Origin: an uncultured Candidatus Saccharibacteria bacterium
GTDB lineage: Bacteria > Patescibacteriota > Saccharimonadia > Saccharimonadales > UBA4665
Length of the DNA stretch: 64,000 bases
Reading direction: 5' to 3'
Assembly: GCA_964432725.1 (NCBI GenBank)
Contig: CAYSOP010000002.1
Span: forward strand, 44,354 to 108,353
Below the pieces are notes generated by a model that ran no database searches, was not told the DNA's origin, and worked only from the letters and a program-made list of their open reading frames with translations. Shown here in pieces: positions 56,702-64,000 of this stretch. Numbering within the stretch: the stretch's first letter is position 1; each line of letters starts with the position of its first letter. The translations under genes and the position numbers were made by a program.

Positions 56702-57676
56702 TAACAGCCCAAGGTACACGCTTACGAAGTCGCCATACGCAATAGTCCATAGTAAGTGTTCCAGGACAGTCTCGCCCTCGGCCTGCACCACAATTGGTTC
56801 GGGACGTTTGCCAGACAGCATACGGGCACCTACCTCAAAACGCCGTTGTACACGGGGGTGCTCGAGGTCACTGCGCAGGTCTATAACTGCATACGGCTTA
56901 TCACGAGGTTGTTCGCTCCAACCCGGTAATTCATTGTGGTCAAATTCTGGCAATTGCCCGGCCCAAGCTACCTGCTTGGCGTTTTCGTTGATGCTAATTT
57001 TCCATTTATAAGCAGCGGCAAATTGATGAGGGCCACCATACACAACAACCGATTTACCCAGCAACTCTTGGGCTAATTGCTTGGCTGGATTATTGGCAGT
57101 TGGCACCGTAGGCAGCCAGGCCTCGCTGGCTTTGTCGACAAAATTAGCTGCCGTGGTAAGTTCTGCAAATAACTGGTCGCCCTGTAAAACGCCCGCTTGC
57201 TGCAAAATAATTAAAAGCGCCTTAAAGTTAGCAAACATGGCGTAGCGGGGCTGGTCCACTTTTGGCACTTGAATAAACGGATAGTTCTTTTGGGTAGCAA
57301 TTTCTTGCAGCTTGCCACCGCTGGCAATAACGGCTATTTGGGCGCCTTTTTTAGCCGCGTCTTCTAGTGCGCTGACCGTCTCCTCTGTATTGCCCGAGTA
57401 ACTAGACACCACAACCAGCGTGTTGCCATTTACATAGCTTGGCAACGTATAGTCGCGGACTAGTTCGAACGGCTTCGGCAGCGTCGGCCACGTATGCACA
57501 AGCTGTCCGGCAAGCGCCGACCCGCCCATACCGGCATAGACAATAGTATCTATCTGGCCGAATGCAATCGTACCGCGTACCGGCAAATCCATCCGTAATT
57601 GTTCTGCTTGTTTGGCAATAATTCCCAGCGCGTCTTGCGCATCAAGTTCGTGTATATTTTTTAAATCGTCCAACAT
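56642..57676 (-). CDS. bifunctional phosphoglucose/phosphomannose isomerase (SIS domain)
   Basis: 'YAGMGGSALAGQL' and 'LVVVSSYSGNTEET' SIS motifs. The ~340-aa length is typical of the PGI/PMI family. Confidence 0.75.
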   Translation of the reverse strand: MLDDLKNIHELDAQDALGIIAKQAEQLRMDLPVRGTIAFGQIDTIVYAGMGGSALAGQLVHTWPTLPKPFELVRDYTLPSYVNGNTLVVVSSYSGNTEETVSALEDAAKKGAQIAVIASGGKLQEIATQKNYPFIQVPKVDQPRYAMFANFKALLIILQQAGVLQGDQLFAELTTAANFVDKASEAWLPTVPTANNPAKQLAQELLGKSVVVYGGPHQFAAAYKWKISINENAKQVAWAGQLPEFDHNELPGWSEQPRDKPYAVIDLRSDLEHPRVQRRFEVGARMLSGKRPEPIVVQAEGETVLEHLLWTIAYGDFVSVYLGLLNGLNPAPVVLIEAFKKELG

Positions 57677-57761
57677 AAAATGATTCTACTCACCTTCCCT
57701 TAAAAAGCTTGTGCTATAATTGGGTCATATCATAATACTATAGTATTTTAGGGGGAAAGAT

Positions 57762-58250
57762 ATGTTTGGAGGGCGCACAGAAGCCACTCAACCAGGGGAT
57801 GACACGAGCGTAAATACGGTAAGCCCGTCTATTGATGCTCCGTCCGATCCCGCACCGGCAGCCGCTGCGCCACCGGTCATGGACAGCCCCGCGTTCTTAC
57901 CCGCCCCTACCGACGCCGACGTAGCCGCACCAGCAGCCCCCTCTGCCAGCGCACCTGTCGTGGCCGCCGCTAGCGATGACGACCTACTTGGTATTAAGCA
58001 ACAAGCATTGCAGCAACTTTCGCCACTTGTTGGCCACCTAGACCAAACCCCCGAAGACAAATTTCGCACAACCATGATGATGATCCAAGCCTCCGACAAC
58101 CAAGCACTTATCAAAGATGCCTACGCTGCCGCAGGACAAATTAGCGACGAAAAAGTGCGCGCCCAGGCCTTACTAGACATCATCAACGAAATTAACTACT
58201 TTACCCAGCAAGGTCAAAATAACACAACGTCTACTGACAGCGTTTCGTAA
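57762..58250 (+). CDS. hypothetical protein (Ala/Pro-rich N-terminus, helical C-terminus)
   Basis: GGGGGAAAG SD. 162 aa. Confidence 0.55.
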   Translation: MFGGRTEATQPGDDTSVNTVSPSIDAPSDPAPAAAAPPVMDSPAFLPAPTDADVAAPAAPSASAPVVAAASDDDLLGIKQQALQQLSPLVGHLDQTPEDKFRTTMMMIQASDNQALIKDAYAAAGQISDEKVRAQALLDIINEINYFTQQGQNNTTSTDSVS

Positions 58251-58741
58251 TGCATTTACCTAGCCTTCCTCGTTTTATCCCTGTGGGGCCAATTCGTCGC
58301 CGCCGGCTAGAGCAAGTGGCACAACTACGTGCCGAAGATGCTAAATTGCAGGCCGCACGCCGTGCACGGCTGGCCGCTAAACGCGCAGCAGCACGCCCTT
58401 CTACGGTCGTAAAATCTACCCACCTGACTAGTAAACCAATACACCACCAAACAATGCATACCCGTCCGCCGCATAGTACGCACTTAGCACGTACTGCCGC
58501 CCCACTTCATACACCCACACCGCCAAAAATAACTACGCCGGTCACACAATCTACGCCGCAGCGTGCTATGCCTACACCAGCGTATTCACAGCCAGAATCG
58601 GCCATGCCGGCAAGCCCGCAAACTCCAATAATGCCGTCAGCCCCCTCACCCACAATCGCTAACAACGTTTCGCGTGGACGTGGCACCTATGCAAACGACT
58701 TTAGTCGGCGCAACAGTTACGTTGCACAACTCTCGAGATAA
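58250..58741 (+). CDS. hypothetical basic, Pro/Thr-rich protein
   Basis: TAATG stop/start overlap with the preceding gene. Followed by an intrinsic terminator. Confidence 0.5.
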   Translation: MHLPSLPRFIPVGPIRRRRLEQVAQLRAEDAKLQAARRARLAAKRAAARPSTVVKSTHLTSKPIHHQTMHTRPPHSTHLARTAAPLHTPTPPKITTPVTQSTPQRAMPTPAYSQPESAMPASPQTPIMPSAPSPTIANNVSRGRGTYANDFSRRNSYVAQLSR

Positions 58742-58760
58742 TAAGTTAGATACAGAGGGC

Positions 58761-58793
58761 AAAAAGACCGGGCTCACACACCCGGTCTTTTTT
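58761..58793 (+). terminator. intrinsic terminator
   Basis: AAAAAGACCGGG-CTCACACA-CCCGGTCTTTTTT. Confidence 0.7.
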
Positions 58794-58947
58794 CCATGCA
58801 TGTTTGTTTGATCTTATTGTACCAGACCCATTAGATGCCCATGCAAGCGCTACAACTATTACTTTTCCCGGCTCCCGTACGCTATACGCTTATACAGACC
58901 TACCACGGACCGGGAAGACCAACATAAAAATGACCGCATAAAAAAGC

Positions 58948-58995
58948 ACAGATACCAAAAAGGCGCTCGCTGGCGGGCGCCTTTTTGGTATCTGT
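58948..58995 (-). terminator. intrinsic terminator of groES-groEL
   Basis: ~18-bp stem ACAGATACCAAAAAGGCGC / GCGCCTTTTTGGTATCTGT, followed on the minus strand by GCTTTTTTAT. Confidence 0.75.
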
Positions 58996-59031
58996 TCCGC
59001 TAATAATGCGGTTCGACTTTAGCTAAGGAAG

Positions 59032-60690
59032 TTACATCCCCATCCCGCCCATAGCAGACATATCTGGCATGCCACCGCCACCAGCGTCTTTCTTTTCGGG
59101 CACCTCTACAACCAGCGCACCCATAGTAATACTGGTGCCAGCAATAGATACGGCGTTCAATAGCGCCTCTTTGGTTACCCGAGCTGGGTCAACAACACCA
59201 ACAGCCTTTAGATCGACTAACTTAGTAGGACTGTTAACATCTACACCAAACCCAGGCTTGGCAGCACGGATTTGCGGCAACCACTCGTCGGCGTTAAGGC
59301 CAGAGTTATCCATAAGGATCCGGAATGGCTGTTCCAAGGCCCGGTACAAAATACCTTGGCCGGCAGCTACAGAATCGTCAGCGGCCTGGGCAGTTGCCTT
59401 AACGGGCTGCAAGTTTAATAGGGTTACGCCGCCGCCAGGCACTACACCCTCGCTTAATGCGGCCTTAACGGCAGCAACGGCGTCGTCTACCCTAAACTTC
59501 TTTTCTTCAATTTCGGTTTCGGTAGCACCGCCCACTTTAATAACGGCAACTTTACCACTAAGGGCTGCACGCCGCTTTTCTAGTTGTTCACGGTCGTACT
59601 CGCTGCTGGCAGCATCAATTTGGGCATTTATTTGCTTAATACGAGCCGCTAGTTCAGACGGCGCGCCGCCACCCTCGATAATAGTAGTGCTGTCTTTTTG
59701 TACAAGCACCTTGCGGGCAGAACCAATCATGCTCAGCTCGGCATTGTCGAAGGTGTAGCCTAGGTCTTCGCTAATAACCGTAGCGCCAGTTAGTACAGCA
59801 ATGTCGTCTAGTATTTCGCGGCGGCGATCGCCGTATGCAGGCGCCTTAACAGCAACCGTATTAAATACGCCCTTTAGACGGTTAAGAATTAACGTACCCA
59901 GTGCTTCGCCCTCTACGTCCTCGGCAACAATAACAAGGTCTTTCTTACCAGCCTGTGCCAGCTTTTCGAGGATTGGCAAGATCTCTTGGATAGAACCAAT
60001 CTTTTTGTCGGTTACCAAGATAGCTGGCTTGTTGTACACCGCTTCCATGCGGGCAGTATCGGTTACCATAAACGGACTTACAAAGCCGCGGTCAAAGGTA
60101 AAGCCCTCTACTACTTCGCTTTCAAGAGTTAGGCCCTGGCCTTCTTCTACGGTTACCACGCCCTCGCGGCCCACTTTGTCCATAACTTCTGCAATCAGGT
60201 CACCAATTTGCTGGTCGCCGGCGCTAATAGTTGCAACTTCGGCGATCCGGTTCTTCTTGCCTTGAATTTCTTCGCGCATGCCTTCTAGCTTAGCCAATAC
60301 GTCCTGCGAAGCGGCCTCGAGGCCCTTTCGTAGTAGCATGGGGTTGTGACCGGCAGCAATAAGCTTATTGGCTTCGTTTAGGATGTGGTAGGTCAAAACC
60401 GTAACGGTTGTAGTGCCATCACCGGCAACGTCATTCATTTTAGAAGCGGCTTGCTTGATAAGCTCGGCGCCAACTTTGTAACCCAGTGTTTCGTCGTCAA
60501 CGTCTGCAATCTCGACACCCTTAGCAACGGTTACACCATCGTGGGTAACAGTAGGCGCACCGTAGCCTTTGCCAATAACGACGTTGCGTCCCTTAGGCCC
60601 CATAGTCGTCTTAACTGCGTTATATAAAATCGCTGCACCGCCAAGCACACGCTTGCGGGCGTCGTCGTCATAAAATACTTTCTTTGCCAT
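59032..60690 (-). CDS. groL: chaperonin GroEL
   Basis: 552 aa with 'AVKTTMGPKGRNVV', 'AGDGTTTVTVL' and a C-terminal GGM tail. Confidence 0.95.
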   Translation of the reverse strand: MAKKVFYDDDARKRVLGGAAILYNAVKTTMGPKGRNVVIGKGYGAPTVTHDGVTVAKGVEIADVDDETLGYKVGAELIKQAASKMNDVAGDGTTTVTVLTYHILNEANKLIAAGHNPMLLRKGLEAASQDVLAKLEGMREEIQGKKNRIAEVATISAGDQQIGDLIAEVMDKVGREGVVTVEEGQGLTLESEVVEGFTFDRGFVSPFMVTDTARMEAVYNKPAILVTDKKIGSIQEILPILEKLAQAGKKDLVIVAEDVEGEALGTLILNRLKGVFNTVAVKAPAYGDRRREILDDIAVLTGATVISEDLGYTFDNAELSMIGSARKVLVQKDSTTIIEGGGAPSELAARIKQINAQIDAASSEYDREQLEKRRAALSGKVAVIKVGGATETEIEEKKFRVDDAVAAVKAALSEGVVPGGGVTLLNLQPVKATAQAADDSVAAGQGILYRALEQPFRILMDNSGLNADEWLPQIRAAKPGFGVDVNSPTKLVDLKAVGVVDPARVTKEALLNAVSIAGTSITMGALVVEVPEKKDAGGGGMPDMSAMGGMGM

Positions 60691-60714
60691 AAAATGATGT
60701 TCCTTCTTAATTAA

Positions 60715-60743
60715 CTGAATCCTGAGTCCGTCCTCAGGATGAC
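60715..60743 (-). repeat. GTCAT...CAG hairpin repeat, copy H7 (groES-groEL spacer)
   Basis: The minus strand reads GTCATCCTGAGGACGGACTCAGGATTCAG. Confidence 0.75.
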
Positions 60744-60749
60744 GAACTA

Positions 60750-61016
60750 TTACTTAAGTGTTGCTAATATATCTTCTTCTTTTACAAGCAGATAGTCTTT
60801 GCCATCTACTTTTACCTCTGTGGGGCTGTAGCTCTTGTATAAGATACGGCTGCCGACTTTAACTTGGGCAACGCCCGGGCCGACAACAACAACTTTAGCA
60901 ATCTTTGGTTTTTCGGTAGATTTTTCAGGTAAGTAAAGTCCGCTGGCAGTTTTAGTTGGCGCCTCTTCGGGCTCGGCTACGACGTAGTCGCCTAACGGTT
61001 GTATGTTTGCACTCAT
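60750..61016 (-). CDS. groS: co-chaperonin GroES
   Basis: 88 aa with 'IQPLGDYVV', mobile-loop 'TASGLYLPE' and 'YLLVKEEDILA'. Confidence 0.9.
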   Translation of the reverse strand: MSANIQPLGDYVVAEPEEAPTKTASGLYLPEKSTEKPKIAKVVVVGPGVAQVKVGSRILYKSYSPTEVKVDGKDYLLVKEEDILATLK

Positions 61017-61055
61017 GCAGTACTATCCTCCTCGTTACGTTCTATGGGTTAGACG

Positions 61056-61082
61056 TTGGCACTTACATGTTGTGAGTGCTAA
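61056..61082 (-). promoter_or_regulatory. CIRCE-like HrcA operator
   Basis: The minus strand reads TTAGCACTC-N9-AAGTGCCAA, against the consensus TTAGCACTC-N9-GAGTGCTAA. Lies 40-66 nt upstream of groES. Confidence 0.7.
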
Positions 61083-61095
61083 CGCGTCAGCACTC

Positions 61096-61125
61096 ACTAT
61101 ACCCAGGCGCCAACTTTACTGTCAA
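61096..61125 (-). promoter_or_regulatory. candidate sigma-70 promoter of groES-groEL
   Basis: The minus strand reads TTGACA, an 18-nt spacer, then TATAGT, immediately upstream of CIRCE. Confidence 0.55.
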
Positions 61126-61172
61126 GCGCTGCCCCATACACCAACAGATATAGATCCGGGCTATTTGAAAAA

Positions 61173-62000
61173 ATGAATACAAAAGCGTCGTATAATAGAT
61201 TGATGCAACACACAATCCTTATGGTCCCCGCCGACCACTACGCTATTGAATACGAAATTAATGCCTGGATGCACCAAGAAGACCATGCCAACCGGGCCAT
61301 TGCCAAACAAGAGTGGCAGAAGCTATACGACATTTATACTAAACAGCTCGGACGAAAGGTCGTACTGGCCGACCCAGTAGAGCATTTGCCCGATATGGTG
61401 TTTGCCACCGATTGCTGCCTGATGATAGACGGCAAAATTTTACTTAGTAACTTCCGCTACGCCGAGCGCCAACCCGAAACTGCTCATTTTAAAGAGTGGC
61501 TACAGGCCCACGGCTACACCAACATGCGCCAGGCTACGCACCGTTTTGAAGGTGGCGGCGACAACCTGCTGTGTGGTAACAAAATACTGGCCGGGTACGG
61601 CTTTCGGTCCGACCCAGAGGCCGCAGACGAAATGCGCGACTTCTTTGGCCTAGAGGTTGTACCGCTTAAAATTGTTGACCCGTTCTTTTACCACCTGGAC
61701 ACATCAGTAGCCGTCTTAAGCAGTGACACCGTAGCCTTTTACCCCCCTGCCCTAGACGAAGCCAGCCAAGCACGGTTACGGGCTGCCGTACCTAACGTTA
61801 TTGAGGCAACCCTAGAAGAAGCCCAAGGCTTTGGCCTAAATGCCGTCAGCGACGGCAAGACAATTGTTACCAGCGACGAATCCCCTAGCCTACTAAAAAA
61901 ATATGCCGACGCCGGTTTTACCGTCATCGGTACACCAATTCTAGAATTCCGCAAATCAGGCGGCGGCGTCAAATGTATGACGCTTTTACTACGCGATTAA
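61173..62000 (+). CDS. amidinotransferase/DDAH-superfamily (guanidino-group modifying) enzyme
   Basis: 'FYHLDTSVAVL' and the C-terminal catalytic-Cys region 'SGGGVKCMTLLL'. An alternative start is the ATG at 61203. Confidence 0.65.
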   Translation: MNTKASYNRLMQHTILMVPADHYAIEYEINAWMHQEDHANRAIAKQEWQKLYDIYTKQLGRKVVLADPVEHLPDMVFATDCCLMIDGKILLSNFRYAERQPETAHFKEWLQAHGYTNMRQATHRFEGGGDNLLCGNKILAGYGFRSDPEAADEMRDFFGLEVVPLKIVDPFFYHLDTSVAVLSSDTVAFYPPALDEASQARLRAAVPNVIEATLEEAQGFGLNAVSDGKTIVTSDESPSLLKKYADAGFTVIGTPILEFRKSGGGVKCMTLLLRD

Positions 62001-62299
62001 TCCTCTAGTTCGGGTGCGGCCATGGCCGCCAAACGTTCGTACAAAGCTTGAGTCGGTACGGGGTGTGGACCGTCACCGTTAAAGGCAATATCTGACGTAT
62101 CTCTTCGTATTGCCAAAGCATAGGCCGGACGACCCTCATCGCCTTGCTGCGACAGAGTTACGCCCTCAAGGCCGCTTCGCTGACGACAAGCAGCTGCATG
62201 CAATACCGACGCTAGCCCACCGATACCCAAATGTTCGGTTAAGCCTATTAATGTCGCTTCATGTACACGAGGTTGCTCTGCGCCATTACTCATAAACAT
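61997..62299 (-). CDS. small hypothetical protein (100 aa), candidate partner/immunity of the upstream EndoU-like gene
   Basis: Same strand, 37 nt downstream of 62337-63107. No motif. Confidence 0.4.
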   Translation of the reverse strand: MFMSNGAEQPRVHEATLIGLTEHLGIGGLASVLHAAACRQRSGLEGVTLSQQGDEGRPAYALAIRRDTSDIAFNGDGPHPVPTQALYERLAAMAAPELED

Positions 62300-62336
62300 A
62301 TTATAGTATCGAAATACTATATAATCAATAGCCTTA

Positions 62337-63107
62337 TTACCACTGTCCGCTTACTACATGCTGCTGAGCTTGTTCGGGATCCAGCTTCATGAAGCCTGGT
62401 TTACGGGGCAAGATTGGCATAGCAGTTTTTACCCTCTTGCCGTCTCCATCCATTACAAGCCTAACCGGCATAACGGTCTTGCCATCCATAAGCAACGCGC
62501 CACTGTCGTTAACCAGCACTTGCTCACCTATATCGCTGACACTCTTTCTATCGTTAACCGGGTCACGATTCTCCATGGCCGATCTAATAGTCTGCATCAC
62601 CGCCAGCGCATCGTATTCCTTTGGAAACATGGCGTTGCGCGCCGGTGCGGCTACTATGGCTCCAGTATTCGGGTCTTGCCTTTCCTCATACTTCACCAAG
62701 CCATTCAATACCACCTGCGTAGCGTACGGCTCTAGCGGCCACTCTTTATAACGGCGACGCCTGTCAGAATTAGCACCTTTCATATGACTGCGGTCAACGT
62801 AGGTACTAGGCTGCGCTTCGCCTGTCTGCTCGTTTTTTACTGCAGGCCAAGCGGCGTCGGCAGACGCTTCGTGGTGATACCCACCTGGTATAACACCACC
62901 GTCCTTTCCTGTCCGAAGGTTTCCGGCCAGCGTATGCAGCAAACCATCTTCGCCCCTTTCTGGGTCATAAGTGAACATATCAATAAGCCCTGACTGCTTT
63001 GCGTAGTCATAGTCCAGCGGTAATAGTTTGCGCAGTACGGCTTCGCGGGCACCCTCTGTTGAGGTGTCCATATTGGCTGTGTGTGGGACGACTTCGGCTG
63101 TATGCAT
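62337..63107 (-). CDS. bacterial EndoU-like nuclease domain protein
   Basis: The order 'GGVIPGGYHHEAS' ... 'YATQVVLNGLVKY' ... 'NAMFPKEYDALAVMQTIRSAMEN' ... 'VRLVMDGDGKRVKTAMPILP' resembles the EndoU_bacteria motif order (GGH, Y-A-x-V, K/x-FP-x-W/Y, ...TayP). By eye only. Confidence 0.4.
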   Translation of the reverse strand: MHTAEVVPHTANMDTSTEGAREAVLRKLLPLDYDYAKQSGLIDMFTYDPERGEDGLLHTLAGNLRTGKDGGVIPGGYHHEASADAAWPAVKNEQTGEAQPSTYVDRSHMKGANSDRRRRYKEWPLEPYATQVVLNGLVKYEERQDPNTGAIVAAPARNAMFPKEYDALAVMQTIRSAMENRDPVNDRKSVSDIGEQVLVNDSGALLMDGKTVMPVRLVMDGDGKRVKTAMPILPRKPGFMKLDPEQAQQHVVSGQW

Positions 63108-63181
63108 ATTTGTTTTTTGGTATTAGTATACAAACATACATTAGCACAATGGTGCGCTTTTTGCAATTATATTGCTCGGAC

Positions 63182-64000
63182 TTACTTACGCTTCTTGAGG
63201 GCTTGATGGGCAGCGGCTATTTCGTCGTATTCGCGCTTTAATACACGCTTTGGGTCGGTGTCGTCTTGTTGCAAGTGGCGTAGTTCGGCGGCTTTAGGGC
63301 CGTTGTACAGGATAGATTTCTCGTGTCCCTTGCCTAGCATAACCACAATGTCGCCCTTTTTAGCCATGTCTATGGCGCGCTGCACCGCTTGCTCGCGCTG
63401 GTGTACCAAAAAGAGGTCCCTACCCTTCTTTTTGCCGGCTTTTATGGCACCTTTGGCAATTTGTTCCATAATTTCTTGGCCGTCTATGTCGCGGTCGTCT
63501 TCTTCGGTAACAATTACAATGTTGCAGTCACGGCCGGCAATGGCGCCCTGCTGCGCCCGTTTAGCCTCGTCGCGGCGGCCGGCAGAGCCAAACAACGCAA
63601 TCAGGCGGCCTTTAGCCAGCGGGCGCACCTCTTTAAAGACCTTGGCAAAGCTTTCGGGGGTGTGGGCGTAATCTACAATAACGGTAAAGTCCTGGCCTTC
63701 GTCTATGTGGGTCATGCGGCCCTCGACGCTCGTAAGGCTGGCAATCCCCTGCTCTATTTGTAACTTGGTAAGCCCTACGGCCTGCCCTACGGCAACTGCG
63801 GCCAGCGAATTGTACACATTAAAGCTGCCGGGCAAATGGCAGGTAATATTGTATGTCTGCCCGTTAAACTCGGCCACATAGGTACTGCCACCTGGCGTTA
63901 GCTTAATATTATAGGCACGCAGGTCACCATTTTTTATGCCGTAGCGGACAGGGTGCTCGACAGAGGTCGCGAACACTTCGCCGCTGGGGTCGTCGGCATT
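63182..64000 (-). CDS. murE: UDP-N-acetylmuramoyl-tripeptide synthetase MurE (5'-truncated by the window edge)
   Basis: 'VIVDYAHTPESF', 'LFGSAGRRDEAKR' and 'VIVTEEDDRD'. The frame stays open upstream of the GTG at 63976 ('NADDPSGE...'). Confidence 0.85.
   Translation of the reverse strand, partial: NADDPSGEVFATSVEHPVRYGIKNGDLRAYNIKLTPGGSTYVAEFNGQTYNITCHLPGSFNVYNSLAAVAVGQAVGLTKLQIEQGIASLTSVEGRMTHIDEGQDFTVIVDYAHTPESFAKVFKEVRPLAKGRLIALFGSAGRRDEAKRAQQGAIAGRDCNIVIVTEEDDRDIDGQEIMEQIAKGAIKAGKKKGRDLFLVHQREQAVQRAIDMAKKGDIVVMLGKGHEKSILYNGPKAAELRHLQQDDTDPKRVLKREYDEIAAAHQALKKRK

Noticed and set aside
1-64000. CRISPR arrays, rRNA or tRNA genes, and stop-codon reassignment (for example UGA recoding, as in some CPR lineages).
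   Set aside because: No regularly spaced direct repeats were seen. No rRNA-like or cloverleaf-capable segments occur in any spacer. Long uninterrupted standard-code ORFs with conserved termini argue for genetic code 11.

Overview
This is a 64-kb window from a small, very gene-dense bacterial chromosome. About 60 CDS were called, and roughly 85-90% of them lie on the minus strand. No rRNA, tRNA or CRISPR array was found. Gene content and style (bifunctional PGI/PMI, minimal metabolism, many low-complexity protein extensions, monoderm-type surface proteins) suggest a Patescibacteria/CPR, Saccharibacteria-like organism, but that is inference only.

Housekeeping backbone: efp, rpsF-ssb-rpsR, ftsK, RNase J, family-4 UDG, rpsO-pnp, truB, an RND transporter, rpsT, holA, mutM, polA, two sigma-70 paralogs, dnaG-rpoD, a P-type ATPase, orn, mscL, argS, a two-component system, PGI/PMI, groES-groEL with a CIRCE operator, and murE (partial).

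Main observations:
1. A ~9.1-kb island (47534-56641) is bracketed by 60-bp direct repeats that duplicate the 3' end of the PGI/PMI gene. It carries a 2360-aa secreted PA14 + RHS/YD-repeat polymorphic toxin with a glycine-zipper C-terminal module, candidate membrane immunity genes and a decayed transposase.
2. A family of mosaic intergenic elements occupies three unusually long non-coding gaps (23.2-23.8, 36.4-36.8 and 41.5-41.7 kb). The copies show stem-preserving substitutions. A dispersed GTCAT...CCAG hairpin repeat occurs in 8 copies.
3. A PqqD/RRE-like domain is fused to an S2P/M50-type intramembrane protease, next to a 64-aa single-TM peptide gene.
4. A stand-alone EndoU-like nuclease gene sits beside a small partner gene.
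5. A 355-nt structured rpsO-pnp gap is present.
6. A 47/44-nt inverted repeat covers the dnaG ribosome-binding site.
7. DnaG has lost all four zinc ligands.
8. A degenerate DHH/NrnA-like protein carries a ~450-aa proline-rich tail.

All functional calls come from reading motifs by eye; no searches were run.
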